This document shows, piece by piece, positions 1 to 10,500 of a DNA stretch of 64,000 nt. Within the stretch, counting starts at the first letter, position 1. Every line of letters starts with the position of its first letter. The notes under the pieces were generated by a model that saw only the letters and a program-made list of their open reading frames with translations, was not told the DNA's origin and did not search any database. Source of the DNA: an uncultured virus (IMG/VR IMGVR_UViG_3300021185_002094) (lineage: Duplodnaviria > Heunggongvirae > Uroviricota > Caudoviricetes); the IMG/VR virus record IMGVR_UViG_3300021185_002094, one strand, 5' to 3'. A program made the position numbers and the translations under genes.

Positions 1-64
1 AGATTTGCGGGGGCTGTGGTGGTTGACCCCGTATTTAAGATTTTAATTCTTGTTAATTTAGCCA

Positions 65-313
65 CTAGTATGTGCCTCCCATTATATTCAGATTCTCATT
101 TTCAATCTGACTTGTTACTTTATACTCTCCTGCAGTAGCATCGTAAATCATCATTACGCCGTCACTTTGGCCTGAAGTATTTACATCAGTAAGGTCTCCT
201 AAACTAAGAGAACCCTGAGAAAGTTTTACTGTTTGTGCAACGATTTCATTATTTTTTGTCGTTGCTCCCTTTAAAGTGCTTGTCTGTCTAATTTTAGCCT
301 TTATATTCGCCAT
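65..313 (-). CDS. small hypothetical virion-associated protein
   Basis: 82 aa ORF in the tail-fibre operon; LGDLTDVN..DG.MMIYD...Y motif typical of phage fibre repeats. Confidence 0.55.
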   Translation of the reverse strand: MANIKAKIRQTSTLKGATTKNNEIVAQTVKLSQGSLSLGDLTDVNTSGQSDGVMMIYDATAGEYKVTSQIENENLNIMGGTY

Positions 314-319
314 TTCTAA

Positions 320-670
320 TTAGCCCCTTGTTACTCCCGGCGTTACCTCTATTTGTCCTTCAACTATTCTTGTAACCTCACCTGTAGTACCATGTTCAAT
401 CTCTACATCATATACATATCTTCCAGCTTTAAGAGCATTAGTTGCAGTGGCACTTAAACCTATTCTTACAGTTCCACTAGTAGCACTATATACACTAGCA
501 GAAAAATCTACAGCTGTGGTTGATTGGTAAGTTTTTCTTAGTTGTCCTCTTACCCCATTAGTTTGTTGATAAGCAGTTAATACCAAGGCATCTCCACTTG
601 CATCTGTGACATCAATGTCAGCTTGAAAAGTTGATCCCTGATCTATAACTAAGTTTGAAATAATAGCCAT
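320..670 (-). CDS. conserved virion structural protein (beta-sandwich, BppU-N-like)
   Basis: NLVIDQGSTF...LKAGRYVYDVEI...RIVEGQIEVTPGVT pattern typical of marine T4-like phages; late promoter just upstream. Confidence 0.65.
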   Translation of the reverse strand: MAIISNLVIDQGSTFQADIDVTDASGDALVLTAYQQTNGVRGQLRKTYQSTTAVDFSASVYSATSGTVRIGLSATATNALKAGRYVYDVEIEHGTTGEVTRIVEGQIEVTPGVTRG

Positions 671-679
671 ATCTAACCT

Positions 680-3600
680 TTATTCTTTATTTATAAGTTT
701 TTGTATCTCATCTCTGAGAGATTTATTTTCTTCTTTTAATTCTTTAATTGCTTCTATGAAGAGAGCAGATAGTTGGTTATAATCAACTACTTTATGTGTA
801 TCATCTTCATTAAGTGTTTCAACTTCTTTCACTGCAGATGGTAATACCTCTTCTACATTTTGTGCTATAACACCAGCAGATGAACCTCTTTCTTTATCTT
901 TCCAATCAAAGGTAACTCCATCTAGTTGTGATACTAATTCTAGTGCACCTTCAACCTTTTGTATATTCTCTTTTAATTTTCTATCAGAAGTGGTAGTATT
1001 TGAAAATGCAATAACATCGCCGTCTGCATGGAATGTTCCATTTGATTCAAATCTAAATTCATCTTTACTAGTTCCATTTGTTCCATCAACAAAATTTAGA
1101 TTAATTTCGGCAGCAGATTGGTTTACAGTCTCGTGAGTAAGTTTAAAATGATCTGTATTATTTGGATTAAATACTACATCCATAACAGGAGCACTATCTT
1201 GATTTATTTCAATTAATTGGATACCATCTGCATACATTCTAATAGAACCTGATGGATCAAAATGTACATATTCTTTTGACTTATTACCAACATAAGCATT
1301 ATCGTTATCGTATCTTGTTCTCCAATCATTATTTCTATTGATTGTCATTTTATCAGTTGAAGATGATGCTGTAGTTGTAAATCCATGACCAGTTTCAATA
1401 GTAAATGTATCTGTTTTACTATCGGCAGAAAGTACTGCCACATTAATTCCACCCTGAGTACTAGAATCATATGTATTCGCCATGAGACTACTAAATGCAT
1501 TTTGGTTAACTTCAGCACCTGTTGCAATACCATTAAGTTTTAGCTTATCATCTTTTGTCATAACACCAGCAAGTGATGTAGTTACTGCATTGATCGTAGC
1601 ATTAGAACCAGAATCATTTGTAATTACAACATTACTTGCATTATGAGTAGTACCTAGAGCAACTCCCTGAAGATATCTTCCATCTAAATCTACTGTTGCA
1701 CCTGCATTACCTACACCACCAAGTGTAAGTACACCATTACTTGTATTAAACGATGCGGAATTAACATAATCAATATCATTAGTGTCTGTAGAGGATATTG
1801 TAATTCTTTGTGGTGAAGATTCAAATCCTACTGATGTGGCACCACTACCAGCAAATCTTACACCCTCTGTCTTAGTGACTGCAAACTGTTGTGATCCACT
1901 ATTATTCTGTACTCTCCAATCTGTAGTATCAGGAGTATCTGTATTTACCCATGGTACGTTAACAACTAATCTACCACTACCATCTTCTTGAATACCATAA
2001 GTTCTGGATGCTGTACTTGAGGCCGCTTCTGCAGCAACTGTTTGTTCTGCATTATATCTTAGTTCAACTAGACCGAGAGTAGTTGCAGTTGCACGACCAT
2101 ATTGAGTATTTACCCATGGTACGTTAACAACTAAATCATTATCCGCATCTGGCATGACAGCATATGTTCTACTTGCTGTTGTTGTAATACCTTGAGCTGT
2201 TACAGCTCTTGATGTTTCATCAATAAAATTAACTTTTAATGTTTGTGTATGGGTACCTGAAGTAGTATTAACTGAACCAACTAAACCTTTCCCTGCCGTA
2301 ATATTAACTTGTGTAATATCACCCTGAGGAATATTAAGATCATTATTAAATTTTGATAATGCTATATTATTAATATTAGTTCTCTTTTGTCTTGCACGAC
2401 CATTAGTTTCACTTACATCTAAGAATACTAATTCATCATTTTCACTAACTGTTCCAGTAAATTCACCTAGTTCTGATAAATCAGTGTGAATTGTTACAGT
2501 AGTATTAGCCGATGCATTGGCAGTAAAATTACTACCACTTCTAACAACATCAATTGCATCACCATCTGTAATTGTTAATGTTCCATTATTTGGAGTAGGG
2601 CTGTAGAATGTTATCTGACCATCATTATTTCTAGTTACTGTTGTTTCACCACTACCTACTAGTTTAATAGTATCATCAGTTCCACTTGATGCATCTAAGA
2701 ATAGATTTGGATTTGTATTATTACCATCTGTCTGTTGTGCTTTTAGTAAGTATGTTGTATTATTATCAGTTGGAGTTGTGTATGAATAAGTAACTTTCTT
2801 TTGTGATGCATTAAATGCAACTGAAAGATCACCACCTGCCGCAAATTCTATTCCGTCTCCATGCCCTACTGAGAATTGATCTGTACTTGCATCGTTTTCA
2901 ACTTGAAATACTGTTGCCTGTGATTGGTCTGTTGTTAAGTATCTACCATCTAGGTTAACAGTTAAGTTTCCAAGGCCTTGTCTTGTTGCAGTCAGTATAC
3001 CATTACCAGTATTAAAACTTAATCCTGTGAGAAAGTTATTTGTTGTTGATACTGAACCGAATGAAAGAACACCATTACCATCTGTCTGTAATACTTGGCC
3101 AGCAGTTCCATCATCACAATCTAGTTCATCCACTGCAATAGAATTACTAGTTACTGCGATTGAAACTCCATTAGCATTTGCAGTAGTAGTAATTGCATTA
3201 CCACCTTGGAAGTCTACAACTTCAGTAGATATAATATTATTATTAGTACCGCCATCTGCTTGTAATATCCAATGGCTATAATTATCTTTAGTCGCCCAAG
3301 AGAATGTTCCGTCACCATCTGATACCAATGATTGACCTGTTGTTCCGTTTGTGCTAACTTTAAGTTCTGATGCACCTACTTTATTTGCGGCAATATTTGT
3401 ATTTATTGAGAAACCACTTGATAGATTATTTGTAACTGTACCTGTAACATCTCCAGTTAATGCAAATGTTCTAGTTGAAGATAGAGCCGTTGCAGAAGAA
3501 GCATTACCTGAAACCGAACCAGTTAGTACTCCTGTTGAAGCATCTAGTACAACTGAGCTTCCGTGTTTTACATCACCGACTAGGTTACCAACTACATGTG

Positions 3601-6600
3601 CAACGTGTAGTATATGGGAAAGTTCCCATCTATCATCAGTACCACCGCCTGTGGATTTTTTCCACTGGAAAGTAGCATCAATTGGTGATGGTGATGCAGA
3701 TTGTGCATCTTGAATTGTAATACCAGCTCCATCTGCTGTACCATTTGTATTACCACTTCCGTAATTAAGTGTTATATTTTTATCTTCTACTGAAAGTGTT
3801 GATGTTGTGAGTATTGTATTATCGCCCTGAACATATAAATTGCCACTAACTGTTAAGTTGTTAAATGTAGGACTATCGCCTGGTCCGACGGCCTGACCTA
3901 TTGATATTGTTCTTGCAGTTGAACCATTATATCCACCTGATAAAGTAACACCTGTTGATGCAGTTAGTGAGGAAAGATTAGTACCAAGTGACTTACCTGA
4001 AATAGTTGAGGTTATAAGTTTATTGTTAGCAATTGAACCTGCTAACATAGCATTAGTAATACCACTAGACTTAACTCTTAAAGTATCTGAATTAATTTCA
4101 AGAGATGAATTATCTACATTGACATCAAAGTCCCAAATACCTTGATGTTCTCCAGCAGTACCTGTATCCATGGTAAAGGTTGCAGTAATACCATTAGAGT
4201 TTGATGAACTTACTAAGTCTTTAGCATTGTAGAAAGTAACTACATCTGAAGTGTTAGCAGCTGGAGAGTTGGCATTATTAAGTCCTTTTAATCTCCATGC
4301 TCTATGTGAAGTATTATTAGCACCTGTATCTACTTGAGCTTCATCCCAGAAGAAATCTGGATCAATGCCTGTTTCATGTGATGCACTTGTATTTGCACTT
4401 CTATCAATTCTTAAACCAGAAGTATTTGTATCTGCGTTTAATGTTAAGAATTGAGTATTAAAGTTTTGAACACTTCCACCACTACCAAATGTAACTGTGG
4501 CATTTGATAGGTCTACATTACCTGTAAAAGTTTTATTACCACTGACTGTTTGAGTTCCAGCAAGTCTTAGTACTGATGCATCATCTATATCAAAGTCCAG
4601 AGTTCCATCACCATCTTGATAAGTTACTGATATACCATCTTCTGAATTACCAGTAACCATCGCACCAATAATATCTTGAATAGCCTCAGCTTTTAATGAT
4701 ACGTTACCACTTGAAACTGTAAAGTCAGTTAATGTAAATTTAGCAACACCTTTATTACTGTCTGATGCATTTTCTCCAGCAATTGTTAAAGTGTTATTGT
4801 TTATAGTAGTATTAATACCTTCACCAGCACCTACTGTTAGAGTTTCTCCAAGAGAAATTGCATGGTCAGTTCCACTTTCTGCCCCAATAGTAATAGTAGA
4901 ATTATCAAGTTTAGCATTAGTTACATCACCATTTGTAATCTTAGCAGTTGTAACTGCATTTGTTGCTAGTTGAGTTGTTCCAACTCCTCCATTTGCAATA
5001 CCTACTGCATTAGTAGTAACACTAATACCTGTTCCGGCCCCTACTGCAAAACTTCTATCTGCAGCTAGTGTCCCACCTGAACCAGATGTTAAACCGTCAC
5101 CTGCAGTGAGAGTAAGACTATTGAGAGCATCTAGTTCATCATTAAGATTTACTAATACTCCAGCAATTGTTGTTGCACCATAAGTAATAGTTGGGGAACG
5201 ATAAGTTTCATCATCTCCGATTTCTGTTTCTATTAGTTTAACGGCTGCTGTAACTGAACCTGCACCATCTGTAATATCACCATTAGTAAATACTGCAGAA
5301 CCAATTTCTGATTGTAATTCATCGATAGCTAATTTTACTGTTTGTGCTGTTGTTGTTAATGTACCAATATCTAATGTACCTGTTACATCAAGATTTCCAC
5401 CAACATAAGTATTCTTTGCAATTCCAAGACCGCCGTCAATTCTAACTGCACCTGTAGCAGTACTTGAAGACTGAGTAGTGGCATTAAAGTTAGTAATACC
5501 ATTTACATCTAGTGTACTTCTTAGGGTTGTTCCGTTAAGAACATCAAGAGTAGAATCAATGTCTGTAGCTCCGTCAATGTTAACTGTTCCACTTAATAGT
5601 GTGTTAACATTAACAGTTAAGTCGCCAGAGACTGTTGTATCATCTCCTGTGCCATTACCTAGAGTATTACTACCTTGAGTAGCTAAATTACCTGTTAGAG
5701 TAGTTGCACCTGTAACTCCAAGTGTTCCTGCAATAGATGTATTACCAGTAGTATTTGCAACTGTGAATGCAGTACTATCTACGGCAATACCACCATTAAG
5801 ACTTGCAAGTCCACCTACTGATAGAGTTAAATCAATAACACCTGCACCATCTACATTTAAATTGTTGTCAACATCTAGGTCATTTTCTACTGTCAGGTTA
5901 TTATTAAATGTAGCATTAGCTCCACTACCTGTAAGCATTATAGTAGAACCAGATTTAATAACTAAGTTACCACCAGAATTTGTTAAAGCACCATATTGAG
6001 TAGTATTATCAAATAGATTTATAATACCATCTTCTGTATCAAGTTTAATAGTTCCGTCTGAATTAACAGTAAAGTTATCTGAATTAATTGTAAATGCATT
6101 TGAACCTGCACTAATCTCATGTGTTGATGCATCGAATACTGATTCGATTTCTCCGATGGCTCCAACCAAAGTAGCTTTATGTGATGTGGTTAATGATGTA
6201 ACATCTCCGATATCGCCTTGAATTTCTGTGATACCAGTTACAGCTGTTGTTGCTGAATATCCTGTTGCATTATTAATATCATTATGATTACCAAGTTCTG
6301 CTCTTAATTCTTCTATCGCGCCTTTAAAATGTTTTGAAGTTAATCCAGTAAAGCTTCCTGTAGTAGATGTATATAAATCTGTTTCGTGTTCATTAATTGC
6401 TGTAACTAAATCATTAGCAGTTGTGGCTAGATTTTCTACTGTACCTATATCATCTTGCAATTCATTTATTGAATCTACCACATCGCCAGTAATAATTTTA
6501 ATCGCTTGATTATTAGTTGCTGGTGTATTAAGTTCAATAATATGTGATTCGGTAGAAGAATATGTTGAAAGAGCCCCATGATTAGCACCCACAATAGTTT

Positions 6601-7357
6601 GTGAAAGTCCTAAGAATCTAATTAAAGTTCCTGCATTTAAATTTCCCGCATATGTTTTTAGAAGTATGATAGAACTATTAATGTGATATACAGTTCCGTA
6701 CCAAGAAGCATTGGCCTCTACATCTGCAGCACTACTTTGAGAATCTCCCTGATAAGCTAATGTACCTTCTGTAATATCTGTAAGAGTTGATGATCCAGTT
6801 AGTGGGATAGATGCGGCAATAGTAGGTACATGAAATCCATCTGCTTCTAAATTTTGAGAAACAACTGATCCGTCTTTAGTTACTCTAACAGAACCTACAT
6901 TATATCCTTCTGATATAATTCTTAATAAATTACTAGCTGTGATCGTACCCGTGCCATCTGTTAGGTTTTGTGCTGGATTAAAAGTTCCTGTTGTATTTTT
7001 TACTAGTAGTTTTTTCTTACCATCTACTACGGATGAACTTACTAAAGTTGCAGAAAACCCACCTGATTGTGTTAAAGTATCACCTGAAGAAAATGATGCA
7101 GGAATAGAGGTTCCATCTTTTAGAATAATATACCCGCCAGTATTATCTAGTGAAAGATCAGGAAGGTAATGAAATGATAAACTATTTCCATAAAATTTAC
7201 CACCATTAGAAGTCGTTGCAGTAAAGTCATATACTTTATCTGCTAACCTTGTTATATCGAGTTGTGTATTATCACCCTGATTAAATGAGATTTCATTTGT
7301 CTTTTGTCTCAATTCCTCTAAAGTATTATTCTTTAAAACTTTTATATCATTTGCCAT
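680..7357 (-). CDS. long tail fibre with C-terminal peptidase S74 intramolecular chaperone
   Basis: 2225 aa, G/T/S/N-rich repeats; C-terminal SDRKLKENI..ALELVSQLDGVTFDWK..GVIAQNVEEVLP..VDYNQL..LFIEAIKEL chaperone signature. Confidence 0.9.
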   Translation of the reverse strand: MANDIKVLKNNTLEELRQKTNEISFNQGDNTQLDITRLADKVYDFTATTSNGGKFYGNSLSFHYLPDLSLDNTGGYIILKDGTSIPASFSSGDTLTQSGGFSATLVSSSVVDGKKKLLVKNTTGTFNPAQNLTDGTGTITASNLLRIISEGYNVGSVRVTKDGSVVSQNLEADGFHVPTIAASIPLTGSSTLTDITEGTLAYQGDSQSSAADVEANASWYGTVYHINSSIILLKTYAGNLNAGTLIRFLGLSQTIVGANHGALSTYSSTESHIIELNTPATNNQAIKIITGDVVDSINELQDDIGTVENLATTANDLVTAINEHETDLYTSTTGSFTGLTSKHFKGAIEELRAELGNHNDINNATGYSATTAVTGITEIQGDIGDVTSLTTSHKATLVGAIGEIESVFDASTHEISAGSNAFTINSDNFTVNSDGTIKLDTEDGIINLFDNTTQYGALTNSGGNLVIKSGSTIMLTGSGANATFNNNLTVENDLDVDNNLNVDGAGVIDLTLSVGGLASLNGGIAVDSTAFTVANTTGNTSIAGTLGVTGATTLTGNLATQGSNTLGNGTGDDTTVSGDLTVNVNTLLSGTVNIDGATDIDSTLDVLNGTTLRSTLDVNGITNFNATTQSSSTATGAVRIDGGLGIAKNTYVGGNLDVTGTLDIGTLTTTAQTVKLAIDELQSEIGSAVFTNGDITDGAGSVTAAVKLIETEIGDDETYRSPTITYGATTIAGVLVNLNDELDALNSLTLTAGDGLTSGSGGTLAADRSFAVGAGTGISVTTNAVGIANGGVGTTQLATNAVTTAKITNGDVTNAKLDNSTITIGAESGTDHAISLGETLTVGAGEGINTTINNNTLTIAGENASDSNKGVAKFTLTDFTVSSGNVSLKAEAIQDIIGAMVTGNSEDGISVTYQDGDGTLDFDIDDASVLRLAGTQTVSGNKTFTGNVDLSNATVTFGSGGSVQNFNTQFLTLNADTNTSGLRIDRSANTSASHETGIDPDFFWDEAQVDTGANNTSHRAWRLKGLNNANSPAANTSDVVTFYNAKDLVSSSNSNGITATFTMDTGTAGEHQGIWDFDVNVDNSSLEINSDTLRVKSSGITNAMLAGSIANNKLITSTISGKSLGTNLSSLTASTGVTLSGGYNGSTARTISIGQAVGPGDSPTFNNLTVSGNLYVQGDNTILTTSTLSVEDKNITLNYGSGNTNGTADGAGITIQDAQSASPSPIDATFQWKKSTGGGTDDRWELSHILHVAHVVGNLVGDVKHGSSVVLDASTGVLTGSVSGNASSATALSSTRTFALTGDVTGTVTNNLSSGFSINTNIAANKVGASELKVSTNGTTGQSLVSDGDGTFSWATKDNYSHWILQADGGTNNNIISTEVVDFQGGNAITTTANANGVSIAVTSNSIAVDELDCDDGTAGQVLQTDGNGVLSFGSVSTTNNFLTGLSFNTGNGILTATRQGLGNLTVNLDGRYLTTDQSQATVFQVENDASTDQFSVGHGDGIEFAAGGDLSVAFNASQKKVTYSYTTPTDNNTTYLLKAQQTDGNNTNPNLFLDASSGTDDTIKLVGSGETTVTRNNDGQITFYSPTPNNGTLTITDGDAIDVVRSGSNFTANASANTTVTIHTDLSELGEFTGTVSENDELVFLDVSETNGRARQKRTNINNIALSKFNNDLNIPQGDITQVNITAGKGLVGSVNTTSGTHTQTLKVNFIDETSRAVTAQGITTTASRTYAVMPDADNDLVVNVPWVNTQYGRATATTLGLVELRYNAEQTVAAEAASSTASRTYGIQEDGSGRLVVNVPWVNTDTPDTTDWRVQNNSGSQQFAVTKTEGVRFAGSGATSVGFESSPQRITISSTDTNDIDYVNSASFNTSNGVLTLGGVGNAGATVDLDGRYLQGVALGTTHNASNVVITNDSGSNATINAVTTSLAGVMTKDDKLKLNGIATGAEVNQNAFSSLMANTYDSSTQGGINVAVLSADSKTDTFTIETGHGFTTTASSSTDKMTINRNNDWRTRYDNDNAYVGNKSKEYVHFDPSGSIRMYADGIQLIEINQDSAPVMDVVFNPNNTDHFKLTHETVNQSAAEINLNFVDGTNGTSKDEFRFESNGTFHADGDVIAFSNTTTSDRKLKENIQKVEGALELVSQLDGVTFDWKDKERGSSAGVIAQNVEEVLPSAVKEVETLNEDDTHKVVDYNQLSALFIEAIKELKEENKSLRDEIQKLINKE
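688..695 (-). promoter_or_regulatory. T4-type late promoter TATAAATA
   Basis: Exact TATAAATA on the minus strand 17 nt upstream of the ATG at 670. Confidence 0.6.
1941..2134. repeat. 29-bp exact direct repeat inside the fibre gene (1941-1969 and 2106-2134)
   Basis: gtatttacccatggtacgttaacaactaa occurs twice and encodes LVVNVPWVNT. Confidence 0.85.
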
Positions 7358-7557
7358 TATTTACCACCTAGTGTCTTAAGGATCTCTTTTATCTCTGCCA
7401 TGTCGGCCTTTAAACTTTGAAACTCTTCATTGAATTTCTCTTGCTTTTTAATCTGGGATAATCTATTTTCATATCCATTCTTATTAGTATTTATAACTGC
7501 ATTACTATGGATATCTCGTTCTAATTCCAAATTGTCTTTTATTTTTACTCTATTCAT
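7357..7557 (-). CDS. small conserved hypothetical protein
   Basis: 66 aa, LERDIHSNAVINT plus coiled coil; translationally coupled (TAATG) on both sides. Confidence 0.7.
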   Translation of the reverse strand: MNRVKIKDNLELERDIHSNAVINTNKNGYENRLSQIKKQEKFNEEFQSLKADMAEIKEILKTLGGK

Positions 7558-10500
7558 TATGTATTCGCAATTGCCCTAAAGTTTTTAACAGTTGGTACAT
7601 AAGCACTATTTGCACTTCTTAATACTATCTTAACTGAGAATGCATTGAATGGGAATCCTGTAGCAACATTAAAGTGAGCTTCATTATATTCACTCTCTGT
7701 ATTATTAACAGGTATTGGTAGTTCAGGTAATATCGGTCCTGTCCAGCCAATATTATCAAAGTCTATATCTGTATCATCAGTTGCTTTATAATAAACATCA
7801 ACTGATGTGCCACCAGGTCTATTAATATCCATAAAGATATCTAAATTATTACCGTCTGTATTAAGTTCAACTTTCTTAGTAATATATTTTGCAACGTTAC
7901 TTGTACCTGTAGGATTTGATTCTGCTTGATAAGTACCTCTTACAGTATATGCATCTGCATTACCTGTAGCATCATTAATTCTATTTTGAACACAAATTGC
8001 AGAAGTTCTATTTAAGTCAATTACAGGAGATAAATTTTCTATTCCGTTATTACTTAATGTCGCATTAATTCTATATGTTCCTTGCTGTGTAAGATTATTA
8101 CCTGTTCTATTGACTTCTGACATAACAGCCTGTGGGTAACTAAATTGGGTATTCTCATTTGCAATTATAGGTAACTGAGAAGCATTAGTATAAAGTGTTT
8201 GAGTGCCATCATTATCGCCATCCATTGACTTAGTTGTAACACCAGTATGTTTAAACTCTATCTTCACATCATCTTCGGTTGTATCTGGGTCACCAGGGAA
8301 CTCAATGATTGATGTGCTGAGTTTAGTTAGATTATACATTTGATTTTCTGTGGCAGTAATTCCAACTCCACCACCTCTTCTAGTATTATCTGCAACTGTA
8401 GCATTTTCGTGATCTGGTAATACTATTACATATGAGTCATGCTCCATAGATGTAATAGTATGAGTTGTATTTACAAATACTGATCTTGCAAGTCCATTAA
8501 TTGTTGATGTAGTACTAGGAATTGATAACTGCACCACATGGTTAGAAGTTGAACCATACATGCCATGATTGGGGTGTAATACTCTAACAGTAGTTGTATT
8601 TGCAGAAGAATTCTTAGAGATAAAAACAAAAGGATCTGCCTCTAAAGGTTTGGCTGGAACAACATCATTACATAAATTAATTTGTGCTGATGTCCCAGTA
8701 AATGACGCTCTATTTAATTTAAACTTAAGGTCTTTAGTTTGATCAGGAGTCCATGTAGAAGCATTTGCTGAAGTAAAGAATACTCCATTATATGGCTGTT
8801 TACTAATCTGATATGAACTATCTGTTAAATCAATCTTACTTGTTTCTGCTACATATACTTTATATTCACTTGAATTAGAAATAAGTACTACCGCATATTC
8901 TTGGCCTTCTTTTAAGAATACTGGATGGTCCCAACTAATAGTAGTCGCGACGTTAGCATTACCAACACCTTCATTTGCAGTCATATCTGTTGGTAAATTA
9001 ATACTTGTAGGATATACTACTGTAGACGCACCTGGTACTTCTCTCTGAGTCGGAGTACCATTTTCTACTTCTCTAATAGAAACGTGAATTGGTATATTGG
9101 CATCTTTAACTGCAAAGAATAGATCAATACTTGTAGTAAAGATTCCACCTTTCTTAGTAATTAAGAAAGTTTCTGCAACTGGATCAACCCATCTAGTAAC
9201 TTCTGGTAATTGAATTCTTCTTTGAACTGTACGTGATTCACTTACTTCTCTATATGCAATTCTTGGTACTTTAGTTGAAACTATTGTTCTCTGATAAGTT
9301 TCTAAGATACCTTGTGCAAAGAAGTTAACTGCAGCCCTTGTTGTAGAGTCATTTGCATTAGTTGCTGAATCTGTTAGTTTAAATTCTCTTGTACCAGCCT
9401 TAAATTTTAATTGTTCGTTTCTAGGAATAACAAATGAACCTATAATTCTTCCTGAGGCATTTGTTTCTAATTTATCGGAGTTAGTATAACTTGGGTGTTG
9501 TGTTTTATCTTCATAAGTTATTACAGATGATCTATCAGTAAATTCTACGAAGGAAGATTCCTGTTTACAATAGTCTGTAACATCTACTCCATTAAAGAAT
9601 GCATATACTCTTGTGTTTGGTTTCATTAACTCAGCATCAAAGTAAATTTTTCTTGATCTCATAAATGGAATAAAGTTTACTTCTACTACACTATTACCAA
9701 TTTCCTTGGTCTCTCTATCGAATGCAACATATGCATCTTGCCCTGTTCTTGTTGCTGTACCTGTTTCTACTATAGCATTTTGAGTTGTTCGAACATCTTG
9801 TCTGCCTCTACCATTAGGGTTAACTGTTCCAGTTAATCTATTTGGCTCTCTTCCCTCATTAGCAATCCATAAATCATTAACTACATTTAAGCCAGTAGTA
9901 GTTGTTCCAGTCCAATTAGTTTCCCATTCATTCCATACTGTTCCTAAAATACCATTCTGTTCGGACATAGTTACGAATTGATCAAATGCGCTTGTATCAT
10001 CAATGATGATATCTGGTCTTTGGTCTACATCTTTCCACTCATCTGATTCTGGAGAAAGTCTAATAGTTCCGTCCCAAACCACAACATCATATGGATTTAC
10101 AAATTCTGAATAAGAAGAATACGGCTGATTAATCTCCGTTACGTGAGTATATGGCATTGTAACAATACCACCCTTAGATGATTTTACAGCAGTTCCACTA
10201 TCACCAGTTTCTCTAATTAAATTAATACTTCTTTCATCAAACTTAGGTCTTAGTATGCCTCTATTTTTATCTACTGAAACATCATAATCTGGATGTGATG
10301 CATCTCCTATATTATGCCCAAAGAATCCATCAACAATGAATCCGTTTTTAAATCTTGTTGCACCATTTCCGTCAAATAGTTGTGCTTCTTTTGCTGACTT
10401 TTCTAATAGAGATAATGATGTGTAATATTCCAGTCTCTTAACACGAGAATCAAGTTTACCAATGTCTTGCATGGTATATCTTTTATTATCAACTTTAGTA

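Noticed and set aside
8..32. GC-rich hairpin at the window start sharing TTGACCCCGT with the 33011-33060 stem-loop
   Set aside because: Only a 10-nt match and truncated context; cannot support an RNA family call.
1941..2134. Diversity-generating retroelement template/variable repeat pair
   Set aside because: The repeat is short and exact, with no adenine-specific mismatches and no reverse transcriptase in the window.
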